From positions 3,761 to 67,760 of the forward strand of contig JAHEAL010000007.1 in NCBI GenBank assembly GCA_024642775.1: 64,000 bases of DNA, given 5' to 3'. Positions within the stretch are counted from its first letter, which is position 1. Each line of letters begins with the position of its first letter. The position numbers and the translations under genes were made by a program. The DNA is from Nitrosomonadales bacterium (lineage in GTDB: Bacteria; Pseudomonadota; Gammaproteobacteria; Burkholderiales; Methylophilaceae). The notes under the pieces are model-generated. The model had not been told where the DNA came from and ran no database searches. It was given only the letters and a program-made list of their open reading frames with translations. Shown here piece after piece: positions 39,854 to 50,291 of this stretch.

Positions 39854-39988
39854 ATGAATGATAAAGAATTAAAAAAAATTAATAAGAATTTGGAATTAAT
39901 TTTAAAAACACTTCGCATCGTTTTCTTTCTGATTGCCTTTTTTGCCCTGCTGTATTTTTCATTACTGATTGTATTTTTCTTTGGTTAA
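39854..39988 (+). CDS. Possible 44-aa single-pass membrane peptide (absent from ORF track)
   Basis: MNDKELKKINKNLELILKTLRIVFFLIAFFALLYFSLLIVFFFG: a charged N-terminus plus one very hydrophobic helix. Its TAA directly abuts the TTG start of the next ORF. No obvious SD. Confidence 0.35.
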   Translation: MNDKELKKINKNLELILKTLRIVFFLIAFFALLYFSLLIVFFFG

Positions 39989-40837
39989 TTGAAAAAAAAA
40001 ACTATTATCATTAATCCCAAAATTTCGACTCTAGAATTTTTAGGTCAAGTTTCAAAATTTTATGCGACAAAAAATGATATAGATCAAAAATATTATCAAT
40101 TTATAAGAATTATATTGAATGTTAACGGCAATAATGTAGCTCATGGATTTTTACCTAACAATAGAGAAATAAATAACGATTGGATATATTTAGTTTGTGC
40201 GGCTAATTTTGATCTCTTAAGGGATTCCTTTGCTTTTAGAGATATTGTTGAAATTAGCGAAAATTTGAAAATTAAGTTAACCGATCATTTAAATGATTCA
40301 TTCTCTGATTCAAGAGAAGAATTTTTTGTCCACAAAGGTCAAATACTATTGAAAACTGAAAATTTAATTACTTTTCAGTATGAGTCTTTAGACGAATTAA
40401 TTAATAATTCATTGGTAATTAACTATCAGGAGCCAGGGTTTACCCGTTCCTTTTTGAATAATATTTCAATGGTGATACACGAGTTTTCTGAGAAGAATGC
40501 CACGAATTTTAACAATCTGATCTTTTTTAAAGTTGGGCAACAAACGAAAAATTGGGAAACTAAATTATTTTCTAATGATCCAGCAATTCCAGGAATCGAA
40601 TTTGACAATAAAAGCTTACCTCAAACTATCGAGTCTTCAGATATTTTCTTTTTTAATGGTTTAGATGAAGAAAATATTAATACATTTTTAAAAAATAATA
40701 TTAATGGTTTATGTGAAATTATTTTATTAATGGAGGATAGTCAGGTTACCTTAAAAAAAACTAATTGGCTTAAATCGGTGATTAATAAAAAAAAACAAAA
40801 GGAATTCTTGCGTGGAATTAGTTCAAAGAAAAGTTGA
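39989..40837 (+). CDS. Hypothetical protein, 282 aa, no recognisable family
   Basis: Long open frame in a visibly more A+T-rich stretch, N/K/I-rich, with no signal peptide and no motif I can place. TTG start (no in-frame ATG for ~160 codons). The 3' end overlaps the recJ GTG start by 26 nt. Confidence 0.55.
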   Translation: MKKKTIIINPKISTLEFLGQVSKFYATKNDIDQKYYQFIRIILNVNGNNVAHGFLPNNREINNDWIYLVCAANFDLLRDSFAFRDIVEISENLKIKLTDHLNDSFSDSREEFFVHKGQILLKTENLITFQYESLDELINNSLVINYQEPGFTRSFLNNISMVIHEFSEKNATNFNNLIFFKVGQQTKNWETKLFSNDPAIPGIEFDNKSLPQTIESSDIFFFNGLDEENINTFLKNNINGLCEIILLMEDSQVTLKKTNWLKSVINKKKQKEFLRGISSKKS

Positions 40838-42509
40838 TCATAATTTAGTAATGAAATTTGTGGATGCAAATTTTCACGAAGCTCTCGCCCAAGTTCTCTC
40901 AAGTAGAAATATTAAAAATATAGATGAAGTCGATTATCAGATTGAAAAACTACTCAACCCACTAGACCTAAAAGATTGTGACGATGCAGCAAATTTTTTA
41001 GCGGATGCTATTGAGCAAAAAAGAAAAATTATGATAATTGGTGACTATGATGCGGATGGTGCCACAGGAACATCAATTGCACTTCTTGGGTTTAAATTAT
41101 TAGGGCTAAAAGTAAATTTCTTAATTCCCAGTAGATTTAAATTAGGATATGGATTATCTCCTGAAATTGTGGATCTTGCAAAACAACAGAATGCTGAAAT
41201 TCTCATTACTGTTGACAATGGTGTTGCGAGTTTTGAGGGTGTAAAAAGATCTAATGAATTAGGCATGGATGTAATTATTACTGATCATCACCTTCAAGCT
41301 GAAAATCTTCCTGAAGCTAAATATATTATTAACCCGAATCAAAGAGATTGTAAATTTGAAAGTAAAAACTTATGCGGGGCTGGAGTTATTTTTTATCTCT
41401 TAATTGCAATAAGAAAATGCCTAAGAAATAGAAATTTTTTTGTTAAAGATAACGGATTTAATAAAGAACCTAATTTAATGAGTCTTATTGATTTAGTTGC
41501 GCTTGGTACTGTAGCTGATTTGGTGCAACTTGATTTTAATAATCGACTTATTGTTTATTATGGATTAAAAAAAATTAGATCCGATGACTGTAATCTTGGA
41601 ATCAAAAAATTGTTTCATCTCGCAAAAAAAGATCACCACCTTTGTCAATCGGAGGATTTATCTTTTTTAATTGCTCCCAAAATTAATGCAGCAGGCCGAA
41701 TGTCTGATATGAGCCTAGGTGTCAAATGCCTTGTTGCTGAAAATGAGTCAGATGCTCATTTTTTTGCCAATCAACTGATCCATTTTAATGTAAAAAGAAA
41801 AATAGCTGAAGATGATATGAAGGATGAGGCAGCTATTCAATTAGAGGATTTTAACAAGAATAAATTTACCATATGTCTTTATAATCAGCGTTGGCATCAG
41901 GGGGTTGTTGGGATTCTTGCTTCAAGAATTAAAGAAAAATTTTATCGTCCAGTTATTATTTTTGCTGACGATGTCGATGGAAAAATTAAAGGTTCGGCCA
42001 GGTCTATCAGCAATCTTCACATAAGAGACGCTCTGGACCATGTATCAAAAATTGCTCCCGAGTTAATTCTCTCATTTGGAGGGCATGCAATGGCTGCGGG
42101 TTTGAGTATTATGAAAACGAGCTTTGATCAATTTCAAAATCTTTTTGAGAAAGTTGTATCAGATTTGCTTACTATAAAAGACTTGGATGAATCTATTGAA
42201 TATGACAAAAGCATTCTTAATAACAATTTAAATTTTAATGATATTAAATTAATCAATCAGTCAGTATGGGGCAATGGATTCTCAAAACCTATTTTCGTCG
42301 ATGAATTTGAATGCATGGATCAGACAATTTTAAAGGATAAACATTCTAAACTCATGTTGCTTCATGAAGATAGAGTTTATGAGGCCATTTTTTTTAATTT
42401 TAATGAGCCGCTTTTTGGTAAAATAAAATGTTTATATTCTATCGATGACAATACTTTCATGGACAAAGAATACATTTCATTAAATATTCGAAGATTGGTT
42501 AATGAGTAA
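40812..42509 (+). CDS. recJ: Single-stranded-DNA-specific exonuclease RecJ
   Basis: 565 aa. DHH motifs (IIGDYDADGATG, TVDNG, ITDHH) and DHHA1 (GGHAMAAG). GTG start at 40812; an alternative ATG at 40851 would remove the overlap with the upstream ORF. Confidence 0.92.
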   Translation: MELVQRKVDHNLVMKFVDANFHEALAQVLSSRNIKNIDEVDYQIEKLLNPLDLKDCDDAANFLADAIEQKRKIMIIGDYDADGATGTSIALLGFKLLGLKVNFLIPSRFKLGYGLSPEIVDLAKQQNAEILITVDNGVASFEGVKRSNELGMDVIITDHHLQAENLPEAKYIINPNQRDCKFESKNLCGAGVIFYLLIAIRKCLRNRNFFVKDNGFNKEPNLMSLIDLVALGTVADLVQLDFNNRLIVYYGLKKIRSDDCNLGIKKLFHLAKKDHHLCQSEDLSFLIAPKINAAGRMSDMSLGVKCLVAENESDAHFFANQLIHFNVKRKIAEDDMKDEAAIQLEDFNKNKFTICLYNQRWHQGVVGILASRIKEKFYRPVIIFADDVDGKIKGSARSISNLHIRDALDHVSKIAPELILSFGGHAMAAGLSIMKTSFDQFQNLFEKVVSDLLTIKDLDESIEYDKSILNNNLNFNDIKLINQSVWGNGFSKPIFVDEFECMDQTILKDKHSKLMLLHEDRVYEAIFFNFNEPLFGKIKCLYSIDDNTFMDKEYISLNIRRLVNE

Positions 42510-43284
42510 AAAATTTATTATTGGTAATTTGAAAATGAATGGCTCAATTGCTTTTTACAATGAGTTGTTTACTAATCTAAAAGAGCAGCTCAGGTCAATA
42601 GACCCAAATAATGTTGATATTGGGTTATGTCTTCCCTATCCTTATTTATTCTTGGCTAAAAATTCCTTAAGCAATACTAATATCAAGTGGGGCTCACAAA
42701 ATGTAGCAAAAGACAAAAGGGGTGCTTTCACTGGTGAGGTAAGCGCTGAAATGATACTTGAATTTGAATCTAAATACGTAATCATTGGTCATTCAGAGAG
42801 AAATACAGCATATTGTGAATCTGATCAAAATATTGCTGAAAAATTCTTAAGAGTAAAAGAAAATGGTATGTGCCCAGTTTTATGTGTTGGTGAAACCTTA
42901 ATTGAAAGAGAGGCTGGGATGGAAAAGAAGGTTGTCCGGTCTCAGCTCGAAACTTTAATTGAGAAACATGGAACAAATATTTTTGAGAATTCGATCATTG
43001 CATATGAGCCCATCTGGGCGATTGGAAGTGACATGGCAGCATCACCTGATCAGGCCCAGAACATGTGTGCTTTTATTAAAGAATTTATTGGTGGAAATTT
43101 AGGTTCCAAAACGGGGCAGAAGACCTTAAAAAAATTAATAAAAGTGATCTACGGCGGCAGCGTAAATGACAAAAATGCGTTACAATTACTCTCTTTAGAA
43201 GATGTAGATGGAGCTCTAATTGGAAGATGTTCTTTAGATGCTAAGAAATTCTCAGACATATGCCATTCAGCTCATCGCAACTAG
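42502..43284 (+). CDS. tpiA: Triosephosphate isomerase
   Basis: 260 aa. GNLKMNG, IIGHSER and AYEPIWAIG motifs. 8-nt overlap with recJ. Confidence 0.93.
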   Translation: MSKKFIIGNLKMNGSIAFYNELFTNLKEQLRSIDPNNVDIGLCLPYPYLFLAKNSLSNTNIKWGSQNVAKDKRGAFTGEVSAEMILEFESKYVIIGHSERNTAYCESDQNIAEKFLRVKENGMCPVLCVGETLIEREAGMEKKVVRSQLETLIEKHGTNIFENSIIAYEPIWAIGSDMAASPDQAQNMCAFIKEFIGGNLGSKTGQKTLKKLIKVIYGGSVNDKNALQLLSLEDVDGALIGRCSLDAKKFSDICHSAHRN

Positions 43285-43315
43285 TAATCTTAAAATTTTA
43301 TAGATTGAATAAATA

Positions 43316-43666
43316 ATGGAAAAAATATTAATAATTATTCACCTTTTAGCCAGTATTGGTGTGATTGGTCTTGTTCTTATTCAAAACGGTAAAGGTGCTG
43401 ATGCTGGATCTGCCTTTGGTGGCGGAGGCTCAGGAAGTGTTTTTGGAGTGCAAGGATCATCCAATTTTTTAACCAAAGCAACAGCTCTATGTGTAACGCT
43501 GTTTTTTATTACCAGTATAAGCTTAGCATTGGTTGCAAGTAACAAACACGGTGATCGAAGCGTAGTTGATGAGTCAAAGATTCAACAATTAAACGAAGAA
43601 GGAAACTCTTCTGACATTAGTCAGTCAGACGAAGGCGGTGAGCAGCTCTCAGACATACCAGACTAG
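43316..43666 (+). CDS. secG: Preprotein translocase subunit SecG
   Basis: 116 aa. Two TM helices flanking a G-rich loop (GKGADAGSAFGGGGSGSVFG), plus an acidic C-terminal tail. Confidence 0.9.
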   Translation: MEKILIIIHLLASIGVIGLVLIQNGKGADAGSAFGGGGSGSVFGVQGSSNFLTKATALCVTLFFITSISLALVASNKHGDRSVVDESKIQQLNEEGNSSDISQSDEGGEQLSDIPD

Positions 43667-43671
43667 TATTT

Positions 43672-43756
43672 GCCGTCGTGGTGGAATTGGTAGACACGCT
43701 ATCTTGAGGGGGTAGTGACGAAAGTCGTGAGAGTTCGAGTCTCTCCGACGGCACCA
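43672..43756 (+). tRNA. tRNA-Leu (anticodon GAG)
   Basis: 85-nt class II tRNA. Acceptor GCCGTCG/CGACGGC, anticodon arm CTATC-TTGAGGG-GGTAG, long variable arm, encoded CCA. Confidence 0.93.
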
Positions 43757-43778
43757 TTTAATTATTCGATAGGTATAA

Positions 43779-44135
43779 ATGTTAGATTCATATTTTCCAG
43801 TACTGTTATTTATTTTTGTTGGCCTAGGAGTTGGAATAGGACCACTTATAATAGGTAAAATCTTATCTCCTCATAATCCTAATGAACACAAAAACTCCCC
43901 TTATGAGTGCGGTTTTGAAGCTTTTGAAGATGCGCGTATGAAGTTTGATGTCCGTTATTACCTAGTAGCTATTCTTTTCATTCTCTTCGATTTAGAAATT
44001 ACTTTTCTTTTTCCTTGGGCGGTAGTGTTTAATAAATTGGGATTGTACGGTTTTACCGTAATGATGATTTTTTTAGGAATTTTAGTAGTGGGCTTTATAT
44101 ACGAATGGAAAAAAGGAGCATTAGATTGGGAGTGA
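43779..44135 (+). CDS. nuoA: NADH-quinone oxidoreductase subunit A
   Basis: 118 aa, 3 [10 protein letters not shown] motif. First gene of the nuoA-N block. Confidence 0.93.
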   Translation: MLDSYFPVLLFIFVGLGVGIGPLIIGKILSPHNPNEHKNSPYECGFEAFEDARMKFDVRYYLVAILFILFDLEITFLFPWAVVFNKLGLYGFTVMMIFLGILVVGFIYEWKKGALDWE

Positions 44136-44142
44136 TTATTTT

Positions 44143-44619
44143 ATGAGTCTTGACGGTTTAATGGAAAAAGGATTTGTTACTACCAATCTTGATACTTTAA
44201 TCAATTATACCCGCACAGGCTCATTATGGCCCATGACTTTTGGCTTGGCTTGCTGCGCAGTGGAGATGATGCATGCTGGTGCTTCTCGATATGATTTAGA
44301 TCGCTTTGGTATGGTTTTTCGACCAAGTCCAAGACAGTCTGACCTAATGATAGTAGCAGGTACGCTGGTAAACAAAATGGCCCCCGCACTAAGAAAAGTA
44401 TATGACCAAATGCCGGACCCAAAATGGGTTATCTCAATGGGGTCCTGTGCAAATGGTGGTGGTTACTACCACTATTCTTATTCCGTTGTTAGGGGGTGTG
44501 ATCGAATTGTGCCGGTTGACGTATACGTTCCAGGATGTCCACCAACGGCCGAGGCTCTAATGTTTGGACTAATGCAGCTTCAAAAGAAAATTAAAAGAAC
44601 CAATACTATTGCAAGATGA
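44143..44619 (+). CDS. nuoB: NADH-quinone oxidoreductase subunit B
   Basis: 158 aa. N2 cluster ligands [21 protein letters not shown]. Confidence 0.95.
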   Translation: MSLDGLMEKGFVTTNLDTLINYTRTGSLWPMTFGLACCAVEMMHAGASRYDLDRFGMVFRPSPRQSDLMIVAGTLVNKMAPALRKVYDQMPDPKWVISMGSCANGGGYYHYSYSVVRGCDRIVPVDVYVPGCPPTAEALMFGLMQLQKKIKRTNTIAR

Positions 44620-45203
44620 AAGAAATTAATCAACTCAGTTTACATGTTAAGAAGGTTCTACCTGGTTGTGATATCCACAAACAGTTTGATGAATTGACAG
44701 TCTCAATTCCATCCAGTGGTGTTATAAATGTCTTAAAAAAATTAAAAACAAATATACAACTTCAGTTTAATCAACTAATTGACATTGCAGCTGTTGATTT
44801 CTCTGAATTTCCCCAAAAAAAGTTTGCAGGCTGTAGATTTGCAGTTATTTATCATCTGCTATCAACGACAAAGAACCATCGAATAAGAGTCAGAGCTTTT
44901 ATTAATGATAATCAATTTCCCTCTATTGAAACTGCTAACGAAATCTTTCCTAATGCAGACTGGTATGAGCGAGAAGCTTTTGATCTATTTGGAGTTATGT
45001 TTTTAAATCACCCTGATCTAAGAAGAATTTTGACTGACTATGGCTTTATTGGCCATCCATTTCGAAAAGATTTTCCCATGATTGGTAATGTTGAAATGCG
45101 ATACGATCCAGCACAAAAAAGAGTTATTTATCAGCCCGTCACAATTGAAGAACGTAACAATGTTCCTAGAGTTACAGATGATTTAGGATTTCGTAATGGC
45201 TGA
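44616..45203 (+). CDS. nuoC: NADH-quinone oxidoreductase subunit C
   Basis: 195 aa. [15 protein letters not shown] signature. Separate from nuoD (not fused). Confidence 0.93.
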   Translation: MKEINQLSLHVKKVLPGCDIHKQFDELTVSIPSSGVINVLKKLKTNIQLQFNQLIDIAAVDFSEFPQKKFAGCRFAVIYHLLSTTKNHRIRVRAFINDNQFPSIETANEIFPNADWYEREAFDLFGVMFLNHPDLRRILTDYGFIGHPFRKDFPMIGNVEMRYDPAQKRVIYQPVTIEERNNVPRVTDDLGFRNG

Positions 45204-46449
45204 AATAAAAAATTACACCATGAATTTCGGGCCTCAGCATCCAGCAGCTCATGGAGTGTTGAGACTAATTCTTGAATTAGATGGCGAAGTCATTCAAAGA
45301 GCAGATCCTCATATTGGTCTTTTACATCGCGCTACAGAAAAGTTAGCAGAAAATAGAACTTACATTCAATCAGTCCCATACATGGATCGGTTAGATTATG
45401 TTTCTATGATGATGAATGAACATGCTTACGTTATGACGATCGAGAAAATGTTAGACCTTAAGGTTCCAATTCGAGCGCAATACATTAGAGTTTTATTTGA
45501 TGAAATTACAAGGTTATTGAATCATCTTTTATGGTTAGGTTGTCATGCGCTTGATGTAGGGGCTATGACTGTTTTTTTATACGCTTTCAGAGAAAGAGAA
45601 GACCTCTTTGATTGTTATGAAGCAGTATCTGGGGCTAGGATGCACGCAGCCTACTATAGGCCAGGCGGTGTTTACCGTGATTTGCCTGATCAGATGCCTC
45701 AGTATCAAAATTCAAGATTTTCACGACCAAAAGAAGTAAAAGAAGTAAACAAGAACCGGGAAGGTTCATTACTTGATTTTATTGATGATTTTGCTCAGAG
45801 ATTCCCTAATTATATTGACGAATACGAAACGTTGTTGACTGATAACAGAATTTGGAAACAACGGACAGTTGGAATTGGTGTAGTTTCTCCTGAAAGGGCT
45901 ATTGAGCTTGGTTTTACTGGACCTATGCTAAGAGGCTCAGGAATCGAATGGGATTTAAGAAAAAAACAACCTTACGAAGTCTACGATAAATTAGATTTCG
46001 ATATTCCGGTTGGGGTAGAGGGTGATTGTTATGATCGTTACCTGGTGAGAATGGAAGAGATGAGGCAGTCGGTTAGTTTAATCAAGCAATGTACAAAATG
46101 GCTAAGGGAAAATTCTGGACCCGTTATGTCAGATAATCAAAAATATGCTCCACCCAAAAGACAAAATATGAAAGAAGATATGGAGTCTATGATCCACCAT
46201 TTTAAATTATTTACTGAAGGATTTCATCTTCCCAAGGGAGAGGCCTATGCTGCGGTAGAACATCCAAAAGGTGAATTTGGGATTTACATGGTGTCTGATG
46301 GAGCAAATAAACCATATCGCCTGAAAATACGTGCACCGGGGTTTGCTCATCTTGCCTCTTTAGATGAAATGACTCGTGGACATATGATCTCGGATTTGGT
46401 GGCAATTATTGGAACACAAGATATTGTTTTTGGTGAGATTGATCGATAA
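45196..46449 (+). CDS. nuoD: NADH-quinone oxidoreductase subunit D
   Basis: 417 aa. [16 protein letters not shown]-terminus and [12 protein letters not shown]. Confidence 0.96.
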   Translation: MAEIKNYTMNFGPQHPAAHGVLRLILELDGEVIQRADPHIGLLHRATEKLAENRTYIQSVPYMDRLDYVSMMMNEHAYVMTIEKMLDLKVPIRAQYIRVLFDEITRLLNHLLWLGCHALDVGAMTVFLYAFREREDLFDCYEAVSGARMHAAYYRPGGVYRDLPDQMPQYQNSRFSRPKEVKEVNKNREGSLLDFIDDFAQRFPNYIDEYETLLTDNRIWKQRTVGIGVVSPERAIELGFTGPMLRGSGIEWDLRKKQPYEVYDKLDFDIPVGVEGDCYDRYLVRMEEMRQSVSLIKQCTKWLRENSGPVMSDNQKYAPPKRQNMKEDMESMIHHFKLFTEGFHLPKGEAYAAVEHPKGEFGIYMVSDGANKPYRLKIRAPGFAHLASLDEMTRGHMISDLVAIIGTQDIVFGEIDR

Positions 46450-46451
46450 GT

Positions 46452-46922
46452 ATGAATGAAAAACTAAAAAAATTAATTAATAAAGAAATATCCAAGTACC
46501 CTTCAGATAAAAAACAATCTGCCGTAATTGCAGCGTTAGCAATAATGCAAAATAATCGTGGATGGTTATCAGAAGAGGATATTTCTGAAGTCTCTAAATA
46601 TCTTGAAATGCCAGAGATTGCAGTTTTAGAGGTAGCAACATTTTATAATATGTTTGATTTACAGCCTGTGGGTAAATATAAGATTTCGATATGTACAAAT
46701 ATTTCTTGCATGCTCCGAAATTCAGATGAAATCGTTGAACATTTAAAAAATAAATTAAAAATAAATTTTAATGAAGTTACTAAAGATGGAAAATTTTGTT
46801 TAAAAGAGAGTGAATGTATGGGCGCATGTGGCGGGGCTCCCCTTCTAACTATCAATAATCAAAAAATGTATGAAAATTTGGATATCCCAAAAATTGATAG
46901 TCTTTTAAAAGAATTAAAATAA
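46452..46922 (+). CDS. nuoE: NADH-quinone oxidoreductase subunit E
   Basis: 156 aa. 2Fe-2S ligands in ICTNISC and CMGACGGAP. Confidence 0.93.
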   Translation: MNEKLKKLINKEISKYPSDKKQSAVIAALAIMQNNRGWLSEEDISEVSKYLEMPEIAVLEVATFYNMFDLQPVGKYKISICTNISCMLRNSDEIVEHLKNKLKINFNEVTKDGKFCLKESECMGACGGAPLLTINNQKMYENLDIPKIDSLLKELK

Positions 46923-48232
46923 TGAATGAAATAATCGATAAAAATATAGACTTTATGGATACTAAGGATTTTTTTAAGATATGTTTACGTACCCAGGATT
47001 TAAAAAATCCTGGATCAATTAAAACTTATCAGTCTTTGGGTGGTTATGGTCAAATTGCTAAAATTTTAGAATCTAAAATTGATCCACAAGAGCTTATCAA
47101 TGAGATAAAAATTTCTGGACTTCGAGGAAGAGGGGGCGCTGGGTTTCCTACAGGCATTAAATGGTCATTTATGCCAAGGGACTATGATGGAACTAAATAT
47201 ATAGTATGCAACAGTGACGAAGGCGAACCTGGAACGTTTAAAGACAGAGATATTATTCGTCATAATCCACACCAGCTAATCGAGGGAATGATTATTGCAG
47301 CTTATATCATGAATGCCCAAGTTGGTTTTAACTATATCCATGGGGAAATTTGGGAAGACTATAAATTTTTTGAAAAAGCTTTGGATGATGCTCGAAAAGC
47401 TGGTTTTCTTGGCAAGAATATTTTAGGTAGTGGATTCGATTTCGAACTTCATGCTGTCCACGGTTACGGAGCATATATATGTGGAGAAGAAACTGCATTG
47501 ATTGAATCTATTGAAGGAAAGAAAGGGCAACCAAGATATAAACCTCCATTTCCAGCAACCTATGGTATTTATGGCCAGCCTACAAATGTAAATAATACAG
47601 AAACTTTTGCCTCCATTCCATGGATTATTGAACATGGCGGCCAAGCTTTTATGGCCCATGGTGTAGAGAATTCTGGTGGAACCAAAATATTTTCAGTTTC
47701 AGGGCATGTAGAAAAACCAGGAAATTACGAAATACAATTAGGCATGACATTTAAACAGTTACTTAATGAAGCTGGGGGTGTTTGGAAGGGTCGAAAACTA
47801 AAAGCAGTCATCCCAGGCGGCCCATCAACCCCAGTACTTCCTGCTGAAATTATCATGGATGCAACGCTTGACTATGATGGTTTATCAAGGCTTGGTTCAA
47901 GTGTTGGAGCAGGATCTATGATCATAATGGATGATTCGACTTGTATGGTTAAAGCGCTCAAGCGATTGTCTTATTTTTTTTACGAGGAATCTTGTGGGCA
48001 ATGTACTCCTTGTCGTGAAGGAACGGGCTGGGTGTATCGGATCATTAATAGAATTTATAACGGCAAAGCAACTTTGGAGGATCTCCAATTATTGACTGAT
48101 GTAAGTAAAAAAATATCAGGCAGAACAATATGTGCTTTAGGAGATGCCGCCGCCACCCCGGTATTGAGTTTTATTAAGTATTTTAGAAATGATTTTGAAG
48201 ATTTCATTAAACATAAAAAAACAGTGAGTTAA
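46922..48232 (+). CDS. nuoF: NADH-quinone oxidoreductase subunit F
   Basis: 436 aa. FMN/NADH motifs [26 protein letters not shown] and N3 cluster [12 protein letters not shown]. Confidence 0.96.
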   Translation: MNEIIDKNIDFMDTKDFFKICLRTQDLKNPGSIKTYQSLGGYGQIAKILESKIDPQELINEIKISGLRGRGGAGFPTGIKWSFMPRDYDGTKYIVCNSDEGEPGTFKDRDIIRHNPHQLIEGMIIAAYIMNAQVGFNYIHGEIWEDYKFFEKALDDARKAGFLGKNILGSGFDFELHAVHGYGAYICGEETALIESIEGKKGQPRYKPPFPATYGIYGQPTNVNNTETFASIPWIIEHGGQAFMAHGVENSGGTKIFSVSGHVEKPGNYEIQLGMTFKQLLNEAGGVWKGRKLKAVIPGGPSTPVLPAEIIMDATLDYDGLSRLGSSVGAGSMIIMDDSTCMVKALKRLSYFFYEESCGQCTPCREGTGWVYRIINRIYNGKATLEDLQLLTDVSKKISGRTICALGDAAATPVLSFIKYFRNDFEDFIKHKKTVS

Positions 48233-48245
48233 AAAGAAGCTAAAG

Positions 48246-50291
48246 ATGGTTAAAGTAAAAATAAATGGAAAAACAATTAAGGTAGAAAAGAAATCAACTA
48301 TTATTGAAGTTGCCGATTCTAATGACATTGAAATTCCTCGTTTTTGTTATCACAAAAAACTTAGCATCGCTGCTAATTGCAGAATGTGTCTAGTTGAAGT
48401 TAAGAATTTCCCAAAGCCATTACCAGCTTGCGCAACTTATGTTTCAGAAGGTATGGAAATTTTTACAAAATCAAAACAAACTAAAGCTTGCCAGCAAGAC
48501 GTTATGGAGTTTTTATTAATCAACCATCCATTAGACTGTCCAATATGCGATCAGGGTGGAGAATGTGATTTGCAAGATACTGCAATGTCTTTTGGTAGCC
48601 CTAAATCTAGATATACGGAAGAAAAGAGAGTGGTGCTGAATAAAAACCTTGGTCCACTAGTTTCGACAGATCTCAATAGGTGTATACAATGTTCTCGATG
48701 TGTCAGATTTCTTCAAGAGGTCGGCGGCATGCAAGAATTAGGATTAATAGGTCGCGGCGAACATGCGGAAATTTCAGCCTATGTCGAAAAATCAGTAGAG
48801 TCAGAGATTTCAGGAAATATTATTGATTTATGCCCTGTTGGAGCATTAACATCCAAACCATTTAGATACTCGGCAAGGACATGGGAAATGGCAAGAAAGT
48901 CAACGATTTCTCCACACGACAGTCTCGGTTCTAATATAGAGGCGCATGTAAAAGATGGCAATGTGATGAGAATACTACCTAAGGAGAATGAAGATATAAA
49001 TGAATGTTGGATTTCGGATCGAGATAGATTTTCGTATTTGGGCGTTAACCATGACTCAAGGATAAAAAAACCATTAGTAAAGCAAGGTAATGTTTTAAAA
49101 GAAATTGATTGGGAGGATGCACTTCAAATTATTGAGTCAAAGCTTCATCCAATCAGAAACAATTTTAAAGAGGATGATATTGCCTTTTTTGGCTCGGATC
49201 AACTTACCTTAGAAGAAGGTTTTTTATTAAAAAAAATATCTGAACACTTCTCATCTAACCAAGTAAATTACAATCCTAAAATACATGTAAACTATGTTTC
49301 CAATCCACATCTAAACATTAAAATAAATGAAATTGAAAGTTTTGATTCAGTTATATTGATTGGATCAAACCTTAGAGATGAAAATCCCTTAATCTTACAA
49401 AGATTAAGAAAAATGACTCTAAATAATAAAAAAATTGATCTAATTCATTATGAAGATCAAGACCTGCAGCTTCAACTTGATCATAAGTTGATTAAACCTA
49501 TTGAAAAAATTGAAAAATCTATTTTGGAAATTTTAGAGATTGCTCTTGATCATAAAAAAGCAAAAAAAAATCAAACAACGGAATCTGGACTTGCAGAAAA
49601 GCTTAAAACACAAAATGTACTTATATTAATTGGACAGGACTTTGTAAGCCGAGAATCTATTTTAGGTTATGGAGAAATGTTAAACCAGTTGGTAAAAAAA
49701 TCATCGACATCGATCGGATTTCTTCCAACTGGAGCTAATTCTGTTGGGCTGAATCAAATTTTTAACGATAAGAATGATGTTGATAATAAGTCATATAAAG
49801 CAAGTATTACATTCAATCATGAGCCTGAGCATGATTCGATAGACGAAGATTTGCATAAAGAGATTATTAAAAAATCCTCCTTCAACATTCTTATTTCTGC
49901 ATATCAAACAAAGCAGGATAAAAGCTATGACCTGATTCTTCCTTCTTGTTCACATTTTGAAAATGAGGGTAGTTTTGTAAATCTGGAAAATAAACTTCAA
50001 ACTTTTACACAAGTAATTCCTCCAAAACATGAGTCTAAACCGTTATGGAAAATTTTAAGAGTTTTGGGTAATTATGTTGAGTGCGATAACTTTAATTATG
50101 AAAGCTGCACTGCGGTAAAAAAAGACGCTGTAAAAGGTTTGTTATCAAATAAAAATAATAATCTAGAGCTTATAAACAAGCAGTCTAAAAATAATAATAA
50201 AATTTTTAAATTTAGCATCAACAATTCTGACCCAATGGTTAGAAGATCTAAGGCGCTTCAGGATATTGAACATTTAAGGAGTACTAGATAG
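48246..50291 (+). CDS. nuoG: NADH-quinone oxidoreductase subunit G (short form, 681 aa)
   Basis: N1b (C34/C45/C48/C62), N5 (HPLDCPICDQGGEC) and N4 (CIQCSRCVRF...CPVGA) ligands are all present. The molybdopterin-like C-terminal half is A+T-rich and short. Confidence 0.92.
   Translation: MVKVKINGKTIKVEKKSTIIEVADSNDIEIPRFCYHKKLSIAANCRMCLVEVKNFPKPLPACATYVSEGMEIFTKSKQTKACQQDVMEFLLINHPLDCPICDQGGECDLQDTAMSFGSPKSRYTEEKRVVLNKNLGPLVSTDLNRCIQCSRCVRFLQEVGGMQELGLIGRGEHAEISAYVEKSVESEISGNIIDLCPVGALTSKPFRYSARTWEMARKSTISPHDSLGSNIEAHVKDGNVMRILPKENEDINECWISDRDRFSYLGVNHDSRIKKPLVKQGNVLKEIDWEDALQIIESKLHPIRNNFKEDDIAFFGSDQLTLEEGFLLKKISEHFSSNQVNYNPKIHVNYVSNPHLNIKINEIESFDSVILIGSNLRDENPLILQRLRKMTLNNKKIDLIHYEDQDLQLQLDHKLIKPIEKIEKSILEILEIALDHKKAKKNQTTESGLAEKLKTQNVLILIGQDFVSRESILGYGEMLNQLVKKSSTSIGFLPTGANSVGLNQIFNDKNDVDNKSYKASITFNHEPEHDSIDEDLHKEIIKKSSFNILISAYQTKQDKSYDLILPSCSHFENEGSFVNLENKLQTFTQVIPPKHESKPLWKILRVLGNYVECDNFNYESCTAVKKDAVKGLLSNKNNNLELINKQSKNNNKIFKFSINNSDPMVRRSKALQDIEHLRSTR

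Noticed and set aside
39839-40837. Possible tRNA-targeted genomic island with att repeats.
   Set aside because: I found no copy of the tRNA-Leu 3' end downstream, no integrase, and the insert is only ~1 kb. It is kept as an orphan-gene finding and not called a mobile element.
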